Of a DNA stretch of 64,000 nt, positions 47,291 through 55,944 are shown piece after piece. The notes beneath the pieces were generated by a model, which was not told the origin of the DNA, searched no databases, and saw only the letters and a list, made by a program, of their open reading frames with translations. Position 1 is the stretch's first letter; each line of letters begins with the position of its first letter. Position numbers and translations under genes: made by a program. Origin of the DNA: a virus; IMG/VR virus record IMGVR_UViG_3300009146_000001, positions 1 to 64,000 of that record. One strand, 5' to 3'.

Positions 47291-48391
47291 ATGATATTCG
47301 AAGTTAACTACGCGGAGTTGGGTGACCACATCGACAACAGCATCGACAGCGGCATGGCCGCAGCGGTCATCAGCCACCCCGGTGTCGGCAAGACCACGTT
47401 CATCAAGGCCGTGGCCAACAAGCGCAACATCGCCATGGGTGGCAAGCGCATCGGCGACACCTTCGGGCGGCGGGAGATGCTCGGCTTCCTCTATGAGCCG
47501 GTCGACTTCCGGGGACTCATGGTTCCGCAGCAGGATGGCAGCACCAAGGTGTTCCCCTTGGACAAGTGGCCGTTCGAATCCTTGGTGCAGAAGGGACTCA
47601 TCCCTGAGCACGGCGTGTTCGTTCTCGACGACATGCTCAACGCACCTCGCTCGGTGCTGGATGCATTCGCCGAGCCCTTGTGCGAGCACACGGTCAACGG
47701 GGAAAGGTTGGCTCCCGGCTGGACGATCATCGCAACCGGGAACCATATCGGTGGAGGCAGCTCGGCCAAGCCGATGCCCAACCACGTCACGAACCGGCTC
47801 GCAATCCTTGCGCTCAAGCCGGACTGGGAATCATGGGCTAGCTGGGCCGTCGGCAATATCGCGCCGGAGTTGCTGGGGTATTTCGAACTCCAGAAGGGGG
47901 CGGACCTCTTCGCATACGACCCCAAGCTGCGCGCTGAGCGGCCGAACGAGCCGTACCTCACGCCGAGATCATGCGAGCACCTGTCTCGACGCATCGAGGC
48001 GTGGCGTGCGAACCGGGGCGACAAGCCGCCGATGCATTTGTATGCATCCGTGGTCGGTGACTACGGAGCCAAGCTCTGGGCCACGCTGGATTACATTCAC
48101 GAGCTTGCACCTTGGGAAGAGGTGCTCGCGGATCACAAGGCAGCGCGTCTGCCGGTGTCCGCCGGGGCGAAGTTCGCCCAGATCAGCATCCTCTTGGGAG
48201 GCTTGCAGCAGAACTGCCCGGAAGGGATGAGCATCCCGCGTCCCATCGCCGCAGCGGTGGGCGGGTACATGAACCGCCTGCCCAACGAGGTGCAGGCCGT
48301 CGCCCATAACCGGGCGATGAGGCTGCGCAAGGAGTGGAGCCGGACGGACGAGTGCACGAAGTGGTTCGTGAAGAACCAATCGGAAATCTAG
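47291..48391 (+). CDS. MoxR-type AAA+ ATPase
   Basis: Walker A HPGVGKT, Walker B FVLDD, IIATGN, NRL, TPRS. Confidence 0.85.
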   Translation: MIFEVNYAELGDHIDNSIDSGMAAAVISHPGVGKTTFIKAVANKRNIAMGGKRIGDTFGRREMLGFLYEPVDFRGLMVPQQDGSTKVFPLDKWPFESLVQKGLIPEHGVFVLDDMLNAPRSVLDAFAEPLCEHTVNGERLAPGWTIIATGNHIGGGSSAKPMPNHVTNRLAILALKPDWESWASWAVGNIAPELLGYFELQKGADLFAYDPKLRAERPNEPYLTPRSCEHLSRRIEAWRANRGDKPPMHLYASVVGDYGAKLWATLDYIHELAPWEEVLADHKAARLPVSAGAKFAQISILLGGLQQNCPEGMSIPRPIAAAVGGYMNRLPNEVQAVAHNRAMRLRKEWSRTDECTKWFVKNQSEI

Positions 48392-48508
48392 GGGTGAGTT
48401 ACACCTATGGAGCGGGCGATCAGCGTCTGCTCCATACGTGTGTCTCAACACTGAGATACTGCTAACGGAAATTCCGCTAGCGAACCAACCAAGAAAGGGA
48501 ACTGACGG
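48385..48508 (+). promoter_or_regulatory. Cassette: box A-hairpin-box B-leader
   Basis: Box A TAG at 48389 is the upstream stop; 13-bp stem TATGGAGCGGGCG/CGTCTGCTCCATA; box B 48462-48480. Confidence 0.8.
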
Positions 48509-49903
48509 ATGGATAACACAACACCGGCTGTCTTGCGAAAGGCAGTCAACCAGATCTTCCTCAAGGCAATCTGGGTCACGGAGATCGGCTTCGAACGCTG
48601 CGTCTTCATCGAGATGCCGGAACTCATGGCCTCGAACGGGCAAGGCACGATGGCGACGGACGGAAGGGTAGTCTACTACCACCCGTCCTGCCTCAGGTGG
48701 CAGCCTGCGTTCATCGAAGGCGTGATCGTGCATGAGTGGCTTCACGGTGCACTGATGCATCCGGAGAGGTTCGCGGTGCTCCCGGAGAAGAACCACAAGG
48801 TGGCCAACATCGCGATGGACGCCATCGTCAACGCGATGTGCATCGAGTGGGGATTCAAGCTGCCGGAAGGTGCCATCGACATGCCCGAGGGGCGGACGCA
48901 TACGTTCGAGCAACTCTACGCCAAGCTCATGGGCAAGCAGAAGCAGCAGCCGGAGCCGCAGCGTGGCAAGGGCAAGGGCGGCGACCAGCAGGGTGAATCC
49001 GAGGGCGATCAGGGTGGAGACTCTGACGGGGATGGTGAGGGCGAGGGCTCCGGGTCAGGAGATCAGGAGGATTCCGATCAGGATCGGGAGGGCGATGGCG
49101 GAGGTGGCGACGAGGAGAAGGACGGGGACGGGGATAAGGAAGGCAAGGGCAAATCCGGTAACGGAAAATCCGCTAAGGATGCAAAGCCCGAGCCCGCCAA
49201 GGGTCCGCCCAAGCCGACGCTCGGCGAGAGGGACATCCACAAGGCTCCGTCTCGTGGATCCCAAGCCGAGGACAAGACAGCGGAGGAGCGGGCCAATGCC
49301 GCCATCGTCCGTGCCGTGGCCACAGCCAAGGCGCATGGCAAGGATCCGCTCGGGCTCGGCCTCGCCGTCGCAGGCTGGGGAGAGTCGAAGGTATCATGGC
49401 GCGAGCAGCTTGCTGCCTACGCCACGCAGCGGACCAACGAGGACTGGTCTTACATGAAGGCCAACGGTTCCTACGCTGCCATGAACGTGATCGTTCCGGG
49501 CAGGTACAGCAAAACAATCGGGGACGTGATCGTCGTCCGCGATACATCGGGCTCGCTCTATTCGAGGCAGAAGGAAGTCATGACCGAGGTGGCCGGGATC
49601 ATCACCCAGTGCACGCCAACCCGGATCATCCTCATCGACTGCGATGCAGAGGTGCACCGCGTCCTCGAACTCGAACCGTGGCAGCCCTTGCCCACGGATG
49701 CACTCGGCGGAGGCGGGACGGATTTCCGTCCGGTCTTCGAGGAGGTGGCCAAGCGTTATCCAGACGTGGGCCTGATGGTATTCATCACGGACCTCATGGG
49801 TTCGTTCCCGGATCAGGCTCCGCCCTACCCGGTGATCTGGTGCGGCATCGAGAACGGCAATCTCAAGCCGCCGTTCGGTGACTTCGTGGAAGTCGCAGAC
49901 TAA
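48509..49903 (+). CDS. Metallopeptidase + vWA domain protein (DUF2201-like)
   Basis: MATDG, HEWLH zincin motif, acidic G/D/E linker, MIDAS DTSGS, GGGGTDF, FITD. Confidence 0.88.
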   Translation: MDNTTPAVLRKAVNQIFLKAIWVTEIGFERCVFIEMPELMASNGQGTMATDGRVVYYHPSCLRWQPAFIEGVIVHEWLHGALMHPERFAVLPEKNHKVANIAMDAIVNAMCIEWGFKLPEGAIDMPEGRTHTFEQLYAKLMGKQKQQPEPQRGKGKGGDQQGESEGDQGGDSDGDGEGEGSGSGDQEDSDQDREGDGGGGDEEKDGDGDKEGKGKSGNGKSAKDAKPEPAKGPPKPTLGERDIHKAPSRGSQAEDKTAEERANAAIVRAVATAKAHGKDPLGLGLAVAGWGESKVSWREQLAAYATQRTNEDWSYMKANGSYAAMNVIVPGRYSKTIGDVIVVRDTSGSLYSRQKEVMTEVAGIITQCTPTRIILIDCDAEVHRVLELEPWQPLPTDALGGGGTDFRPVFEEVAKRYPDVGLMVFITDLMGSFPDQAPPYPVIWCGIENGNLKPPFGDFVEVAD

Positions 49904-50093
49904 GCGGAAATTCCGCTAGTGGATAAGCCCGAGGGGCGGGCAGCGGTGTCTGCCCTTCAGGCTTAGCTACTTCCCATCATACCCGGTTGTCTCCGGGGAG
50001 GTGGGCTTCTGTCAGGTGGTTGTGTCCGAGGGGAGGGCAGGTGTCCTCCCCTCTGACGTGTCCAAATGAATGGACCGAAACAAATGAGAAGCG

Positions 50094-50498
50094 ATGAACA
50101 AATATGACAAGGCGATAGAGACCTATCGTAAATTGCAGGAGCTTCACGCCAAGCGCGATGAACTCTTCCGGGAGTTGGGCTTCTGCCTTGAATGGGCACG
50201 GGCTCTCGATCTGCTGGCGCTCAAGCCAGAGCACGCATCGGGTATTCACCGGGCGCAGGACATGGCGAGCGTGGACGCGAACTCGCTGCCGCATGGCAGC
50301 GCACGATTCGTTTGGCAGAGGTACAAACTCAGGTATCCCAACGCTGTGGTTGGGGCGCACCTCAAGAGTGGTGGGATCGTCATCTTCCTCAACCCGATAC
50401 CGGCGCGCTCCGGACTCGGGGCCGGGCAAGGGGTGCCTACCTACGCAGAGTTCAGTGAGAAATTAAAACAACAACAAGAAAGGAATAGTCATGGCTAA
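50094..50498 (+). CDS. Hypothetical early protein
   Basis: 134 aa. Confidence 0.6.
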   Translation: MNKYDKAIETYRKLQELHAKRDELFRELGFCLEWARALDLLALKPEHASGIHRAQDMASVDANSLPHGSARFVWQRYKLRYPNAVVGAHLKSGGIVIFLNPIPARSGLGAGQGVPTYAEFSEKLKQQQERNSHG

Positions 50499-50748
50499 CT
50501 GTATTGCAAAGTGCTGCGGCATCGACAGCTCGCGGCGAAAGGAAGAACACCGGCTCGGCAGCGAGGCTGCACTGGTCGAGGCGAACACATGGCACACGTC
50601 CGCCGTCGCCTACGTGAAGAAGGACGGGAGCGGCCACGTCAATGTGACGCAGAACGGGAAGGAGATCCTTGGCTTCACGTTCGGGCCGGAGACCGTGCCG
50701 CATAAACCGGACGAGGACGACGACATCGAGCAGGAGGAAACCAAGTGA
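50491..50748 (+). CDS. Hypothetical early protein
   Basis: 85 aa, AAGGA upstream, acidic tail. Confidence 0.65.
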   Translation: MANCIAKCCGIDSSRRKEEHRLGSEAALVEANTWHTSAVAYVKKDGSGHVNVTQNGKEILGFTFGPETVPHKPDEDDDIEQEETK

Positions 50749-50951
50749 ACGAGATCACACTACATCTCCAGCCCGGAGAGATCCAGACCCTCATCGGATT
50801 GGTGCGGGTCGAAGCCGCCAAGTGGCGGGGCAGGATCTGGCGACACCCGGACAGGAACACGAGCGGCCCGCCTGCCGGGTGGCAGGAGCACGTCGATCAA
50901 CTCGACGCACTGAACGACCGGCTCGTGACACAGCTAACACTTAGCACTTGA
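50745..50951 (+). CDS. Hypothetical protein
   Basis: GTGA-coupled. Confidence 0.55.
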   Translation: MNEITLHLQPGEIQTLIGLVRVEAAKWRGRIWRHPDRNTSGPPAGWQEHVDQLDALNDRLVTQLTLST

Positions 50952-50952
50952 C

Positions 50953-51073
50953 AATCTAGGGGTGGGTTGGACTATCGTGACCACGGTTCACGCCGTGGGT
51001 TCACGTCTACGCTAACGGAATTTCCGCTAGTGCAGACCTGAACCTTAACACACAACTGACAGGAGTAGTTATT
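50953..51073 (+). promoter_or_regulatory. Cassette: box A-hairpin-box B-leader
   Basis: Box A TAG at 50957, stem CCACGGT/GCCGTGG, box B 51012-51030, CACAACTGACAGGA. Confidence 0.8.
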
Positions 51074-51712
51074 ATGGGACGACGAAGAAGAAGGAAGCTG
51101 CTGTTCATCGACACGAATGCCTACCCAACGGCGACGCCGACGAACACGCTGGCCGGGATACAACGACGGGTATGGTGGAGCTACGCTGCCTACTTCAGGA
51201 AGTGGCCACGCGATCTGATCTGCTCGAACCCCGCCACACTGATGGGGAAGAACCCATTCGGCACGAACCCCGGATGGGCGGAGAGAAGCGATGACGTCCA
51301 GCGAGACCTCACCTGTCTCTACATGGACTACCTCGAAGCGCGGGACAACCCACGCTGGACCGAAGGGGTGGATGAATCCGTCCGGTCCGATCTGCCGTGC
51401 CGGGTCATGAACTGGCGGCGTACCGACCTCGAACTGCCGCCATGCATGGGCATCCTCTGGGGCTGGGGAACCCGGATGGCCACGGTCATGGCCGCACTGC
51501 GCAAGACAGGCATCCAGTATTACAAGGCACCAGCCTCCGTGAACTGGCTGCACTTCGTGGTGGATGGGCTGAACAAGCACACCATGAACTTCAGGAAGTC
51601 GACGACGGTCATCGTCTTCCCGTTATACAAGACGCGGGAAGTGGAGATTGCACTGACCACCTACTTCCCGTGGAAGGACATCGGGGAAGGGCAGCCGGAC
51701 TACTTCGAATAA
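51074..51712 (+). CDS. Hypothetical protein
   Basis: 212 aa after a cassette. Confidence 0.65.
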   Translation: MGRRRRRKLLFIDTNAYPTATPTNTLAGIQRRVWWSYAAYFRKWPRDLICSNPATLMGKNPFGTNPGWAERSDDVQRDLTCLYMDYLEARDNPRWTEGVDESVRSDLPCRVMNWRRTDLELPPCMGILWGWGTRMATVMAALRKTGIQYYKAPASVNWLHFVVDGLNKHTMNFRKSTTVIVFPLYKTREVEIALTTYFPWKDIGEGQPDYFE

Positions 51713-51713
51713 C

Positions 51714-52274
51714 ATGAGCACGAAGTATTCAGCGGCGGGCATCCGTAAGTTGGTATGGAAGAAGTTCTACATACTCTACGGATGCCTGCCCGGCTATACG
51801 CGGCACGACAAATGGACCGAGCCGTATCCCGATAATGCATTCCTGACCGATGAGGCTATGCAGAAGAAGCTCGTCGAGATCTACATGCATCACACGCTCA
51901 TCACCTCAGAGGGCAGGCCGCACATCTGGGACGAGCGCAACGACGAGTGGTCCTTGAGGGAAACCCTCACCATCGGGGGCCTTTACGAACACTCGGAGCG
52001 GGTATGGAAAGCGATGCAGAGCGAGGGCCTCGCGGCCGATTGGCCTGAGCACTTGGTCGCCCGCCGGATCCGGTACATCACGCATCACAAGCCGCACGGA
52101 CTCAACCTGCGCAGCGTCCGCACTACGCCACGTGGTGGGAAGGTGCCGACCCGCCGGATATTCCTGCCGTACCTGCCGTACAAACCCTACCAAGTGGAGA
52201 ATCTGTTAGCGCGGATGCTCCCGCTCCTGTCCACCAACCTCGATCCCAACAAGATCAATGAGCCAGCCGAATAA
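51714..52274 (+). CDS. Hypothetical protein
   Basis: 186 aa. Confidence 0.65.
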   Translation: MSTKYSAAGIRKLVWKKFYILYGCLPGYTRHDKWTEPYPDNAFLTDEAMQKKLVEIYMHHTLITSEGRPHIWDERNDEWSLRETLTIGGLYEHSERVWKAMQSEGLAADWPEHLVARRIRYITHHKPHGLNLRSVRTTPRGGKVPTRRIFLPYLPYKPYQVENLLARMLPLLSTNLDPNKINEPAE

Positions 52275-53262
52275 GATTCATGAACTCATGGGCAACAGCG
52301 TTGCCTTGGAGATTCTCAAGCAACTCGCGCCGGAAACTAAGGAGACTTTCCGGATCAAGCGGTATCTCCCGGTGCCGGGATACCTCTCGCCCAACGTGGT
52401 CACGACCAACCTCGTGACCAATACACTTATCTCCCTGAGCCAAGGGCCGGAGACGATGGACGGGTCAGCCGCAGCACTGGCAGCGATGACGTGCTGGCAG
52501 ACCGCGCACTTCTGGCCGATGTACGCGGTGACGCAGGAGCTGACCGAAGCCATGCTCCAGACCGAGCCACCGGACGACGTGGTATGGAAGGATCTGTCGT
52601 GGCCCATCCCGGCCGCGACCTTCCTCCTGCCGGATACCAAGGAGGTGCGTGAGCATTTCCTAACCTCGGCACCGCTGGCGATTTCAGCGGGCCGGGTCAG
52701 CACCGCGCCGGTGAACCTCACCAAGGACGCGAGGCACCTGATGGATCTGATAAGGATGCCGCAGAACGAAACCGAGCGGGACATGATCGTCCTCACCTAC
52801 TTCGACGACAAGGTGGGGGTGCCGTGTTGCCACGACCTGACCGTGAAACCGACGTGGACCTTGGCGGAATCCACAATGATGGCGCACGACCGCAAGACGC
52901 AGCATCCCTATCAGTACCCGGTCGAGCCGATTGATCTGCAACGGATGCGCCGCTGTGCCCAGATGTTGATCAACCTCCTGTCCTTCTGCTCATCGGACTA
53001 CATGCCGAAGGTGGAAGAGCACGGCCCGATCATCCTCCGAAGAGAGAAGACAGCCAAGGACGGGAAGGTGAAGCAGGAAGGACTGGCCGGGGTGCGCTGG
53101 CTTGGCGTGGGCTACGTCCGCAAGCGCACTACCTTGGGCGGTCATCACGCCAGTCCGGAGGATCCGTTCTGGCGCAAGGGCCATCACCGATGGCAGCCCT
53201 ATGGTCCGGGGCGCACACTCAAGCGGCTCATCTGGATTGAGCCAGTCCTCTGCTGCGTATGA
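52258..53262 (+). CDS. Conserved phage hypothetical protein
   Basis: C-terminal HASP...WRKGH.R.Q.YG.GR...IWIEP motif. Confidence 0.7.
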   Translation: MSQPNKIHELMGNSVALEILKQLAPETKETFRIKRYLPVPGYLSPNVVTTNLVTNTLISLSQGPETMDGSAAALAAMTCWQTAHFWPMYAVTQELTEAMLQTEPPDDVVWKDLSWPIPAATFLLPDTKEVREHFLTSAPLAISAGRVSTAPVNLTKDARHLMDLIRMPQNETERDMIVLTYFDDKVGVPCCHDLTVKPTWTLAESTMMAHDRKTQHPYQYPVEPIDLQRMRRCAQMLINLLSFCSSDYMPKVEEHGPIILRREKTAKDGKVKQEGLAGVRWLGVGYVRKRTTLGGHHASPEDPFWRKGHHRWQPYGPGRTLKRLIWIEPVLCCV

Positions 53263-53696
53263 CGCACCGACACAAAGCTAACTGGCTTCCTGCCAATACC
53301 CTGAGTCGCCTGAGTTTCTATCGGTGGATGACGCCCACCGAGATGAGGAAATTCCACATCACCATCGGGGGCAACATCGTCGGCCGGTCAACGGACGTGC
53401 TCTGCCGGGGAATGAAGTGGCGGGTCATCCGCAGCGACAGCACACCCGACAAGGACTTCGTCGCCCACGTGGCGATGATCTCGTGGTTATTGCAACGGCC
53501 GCACCGGCAGCAGTTCGGACAAAGCATCAGGATCGTGCAGGTGCCGAAGGCGGGACGCATGGTCTACCATCCGCTCTTCATGGGCGGGACGCAGAAGGGC
53601 AGGGAGTTCGACTCGATGGCCGAAGCCATCGGGTGGACGAGTTACCTATTGGAACTGGCAAAGAATGAAGCACCTGATATTCAGCACGCTACTTAA
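53259..53696 (+). CDS. Hypothetical protein
   Basis: 145 aa, ATGA-coupled. Confidence 0.55.
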   Translation: MTHRHKANWLPANTLSRLSFYRWMTPTEMRKFHITIGGNIVGRSTDVLCRGMKWRVIRSDSTPDKDFVAHVAMISWLLQRPHRQQFGQSIRIVQVPKAGRMVYHPLFMGGTQKGREFDSMAEAIGWTSYLLELAKNEAPDIQHAT

Positions 53697-53766
53697 CCTC
53701 ATCACCATCGCCGTGTTTCTCTACGCGATATGGTGGTTCGTCGTCCTCCTCTTCTCCTTGTGGTGA
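53665..53766 (+). CDS. Single-TM peptide (33 aa), not in the ORF track
   Basis: MKHLIFSTLLNLITIAVFLYAIWWFVVLLFSLW. Confidence 0.45.
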   Translation: MKHLIFSTLLNLITIAVFLYAIWWFVVLLFSLW

Positions 53767-53806
53767 AGGCGGAGGCATCAACACAAAACCAAACTGACAG
53801 TGACAA

Positions 53807-54349
53807 ATGAAACTCGAAGGAATGCTAGGATACATTGAAGCAAGAAGACGGATGGACATCGAGTGCGAGCGGCCGGGGTACGGCACGCTCTTGGCGGAAC
53901 ACGGGGTGCTCTTCCCCAAGATCGGCAGGCGGCCGAAGGGGATGCGGAAGATGAAGCTGGGCATGTGCTATCGGAACGCCAGCACCATAACCAACTTCCC
54001 TTGGGGTGGCGTCGACCTCCTGTACTGCGAAGGATATTCAGCACGGGCCAGTCTGGGTATCCCGCTCCTCCATGCGTGGACCTTGAACCCGGTGACCATG
54101 GAGGTGATCGACCCGACGTGGGATGACGGTGCCGAATACTACGGCTGGGTCTACACGCGGGAGATCATCGCCGAGGCAATGGTCGGGACGATGGAGTACG
54201 GGATCATCGACTCCGATCATCCGAATGGGTGGGAACGGATCCGCCGGATGATCACCGGGGAAATCCCGGCCGCGCACTGGCGGCACGAGATCACCGACAT
54301 GGTGAAGGCACTAACGGAAAAACCGCTAGAGATATGCGAGTCAACCTGA
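53807..54349 (+). CDS. Transglutaminase/papain-like fold protein
   Basis: CYRNA...EGY...HAW...IDPTW gives a Cys-His-Asp triad. Confidence 0.65.
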   Translation: MKLEGMLGYIEARRRMDIECERPGYGTLLAEHGVLFPKIGRRPKGMRKMKLGMCYRNASTITNFPWGGVDLLYCEGYSARASLGIPLLHAWTLNPVTMEVIDPTWDDGAEYYGWVYTREIIAEAMVGTMEYGIIDSDHPNGWERIRRMITGEIPAAHWRHEITDMVKALTEKPLEICEST

Positions 54350-54546
54350 CCAAGAACCAGATCGCCAACGCCAAGGTAGCGTTGGTCTACCGTTCGAACA
54401 GCATCCGCGAACGCCTCAATGACCTCAATGATTTCGGGGCATCAGCCTCGGTCATCCGCAGGGAATACACGCTGCTCAATGATTGCGAGGGCGCTATCGC
54501 AGCCTTGGATAAAGCACTGAGCACAGACTCGGACGTCATGCCATGA
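54334..54546 (+). CDS. Hypothetical protein
   Basis: ATG 4 nt after box B 54311-54329. Confidence 0.55.
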   Translation: MRVNLTKNQIANAKVALVYRSNSIRERLNDLNDFGASASVIRREYTLLNDCEGAIAALDKALSTDSDVMP

Positions 54547-54770
54547 ACCCGGAGCGACCGAGGACGTGCCCGAGATACAGGGGGCACTGGTGGGTCATCG
54601 TCTATCCGGACGGCGACTGCTACCGGGAGTTGATCGACAACGAGGAGGCCGCAGAGTTCATGCTGCAATGCCTCAGCAAAAGATGCCCCGGTGCGAAGCT
54701 GCTTCGGGTCCGCCTGATGTCGGCCGTAAGGCCACCGGGAAAGATCAACAAGCCGAAGATGAAACTATGA
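54543..54770 (+). CDS. Hypothetical protein
   Basis: ATGA-coupled. Confidence 0.45.
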   Translation: MNPERPRTCPRYRGHWWVIVYPDGDCYRELIDNEEAAEFMLQCLSKRCPGAKLLRVRLMSAVRPPGKINKPKMKL

Positions 54771-54876
54771 AGCGATGCAGGCACAGATGGAGTGAGTGGA
54801 TGGTCAGCCAAGGCATTCGCTGGCGGTTCTGTTTCCGGTGCAGGCGATGCCAAAGAAAAGAATCTGAAGCTTGTAC

Positions 54877-54905
54877 TTGACAGTCACAGACGACCGTGTT
54901 ACGCT
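54877..54905 (+). promoter_or_regulatory. Sigma70-type promoter
   Basis: TTGACA-17 bp-TACGCT with extended TG. Confidence 0.6.
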
Positions 54906-54936
54906 GCTCACATGATCAGCGTGGCACGGTTTTTTT
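54894..54936 (+). terminator. Intrinsic terminator overlapping the promoter
   Basis: CCGTGTTACGCTG/CAGCGTGGCACGG + T7. Confidence 0.75.
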
Positions 54937-54962
54937 GTGCCCGGATATAACCACTGGAACCT

Positions 54963-55271
54963 ATGGGAATGGATCTTGAACCGGCGCGCCCGACGAAGGA
55001 CTTGCCGAAGGACACGATGGACGGCAAGCCCTACTGGCAGCACTACAACTGGGCAGGCTGGTCGTTCCTCTTGGATCACCTTGAGAAATGGGGCGTGAGC
55101 ATGGATGGATTCTCCGGGGTCAACGACGGCATCCTCATCCGGGCTGAGAAGTGCAGGGAGGTAGCCGACGCAATCGAGAAGCACCTGCCCGAGCTGAGCG
55201 AACGCCATCAGGAATGGCTGCAACCCCACATCATCTTCTGGAGAAACTGCGGCGGATGCCGCCAATGGTAA
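54963..55271 (+). CDS. Hypothetical protein
   Basis: 102 aa. Confidence 0.65.
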   Translation: MGMDLEPARPTKDLPKDTMDGKPYWQHYNWAGWSFLLDHLEKWGVSMDGFSGVNDGILIRAEKCREVADAIEKHLPELSERHQEWLQPHIIFWRNCGGCRQW

Positions 55272-55549
55272 CAATGAAACCCAAGCGCAAGAAGCACGTA
55301 ACTCTGGACGAGATCTTCAGTGCCATCCCCCAGCCCACACGGCGGAAGATCGTCGCCCTCCTGAAGGAGCACTACCCGAACAGCTCCGGGGAAATCAACC
55401 GCCTGCTCAAGCCGGAGTTAAATTCCGTCGCGGATGAACTGAGGGAGATCGGACTCGTGCCGGACTATGCGGCCTACCTGATTCCTTACTCGGTCTACAT
55501 CGCCGCAGGAAGCGCGGACCACATCGACCTTCTGGATAGCACGACATAA
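55265..55549 (+). CDS. Hypothetical helical protein
   Basis: Start MVTMKPK. Confidence 0.55.
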   Translation: MVTMKPKRKKHVTLDEIFSAIPQPTRRKIVALLKEHYPNSSGEINRLLKPELNSVADELREIGLVPDYAAYLIPYSVYIAAGSADHIDLLDSTT

Positions 55550-55567
55550 AATCCCAACCAAACTGAT

Positions 55568-55783
55568 ATGGATCTACCTCACTTCGGACCCACTGGAAAA
55601 TTCCCCGACGGCAAGCTTGACCCGAGCGACGAAGGTGAACTCGCCATCGGCATCGCGACCGACAAGAAGAACGGCGTCATCCGCATTCACTTCGGCAAGC
55701 CGATAGCGTGGTTCGCGCTCAAGAAGGATGAGGCCATGCGCCTCTCCAAGTGGATCGCCGAACGCGCCGAGGATCTGCCATGA
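55568..55783 (+). CDS. Hypothetical protein
   Basis: GKFPDGKL...DEGEL...FGKPIAW. Confidence 0.65.
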   Translation: MDLPHFGPTGKFPDGKLDPSDEGELAIGIATDKKNGVIRIHFGKPIAWFALKKDEAMRLSKWIAERAEDLP

Positions 55784-55944
55784 AAGACTACGTCATCGGC
55801 ATCCTCATAGGCACCGCGATATTCCTGCTCATCATACTCATCCCGTCCCCGGCGGAGGCGCGCAAGGACGAGATGAACCTGCAACTACGCCGCATCGCGG
55901 ATGCCCTTGAAGTCATCGTCGCCGAGACGAAGAGGAACCAATGA
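55780..55944 (+). CDS. Small membrane protein
   Basis: N-terminal TM, ATGA-coupled. Confidence 0.55.
   Translation: MKDYVIGILIGTAIFLLIILIPSPAEARKDEMNLQLRRIADALEVIVAETKRNQ

Noticed and set aside
45219-51030. Cassette hairpins as integron attC sites
   Set aside because: attC needs RYYYAAC...GTTRRRY order; here GTT precedes AAC and only in some copies, and no tyrosine recombinase is visible
44187-51073. Repeats as a CRISPR array or mini-array
   Set aside because: Units are separated by whole genes, box A and box B differ from each other, the inner segments are self-complementary and variable in length, and no cas operon is present
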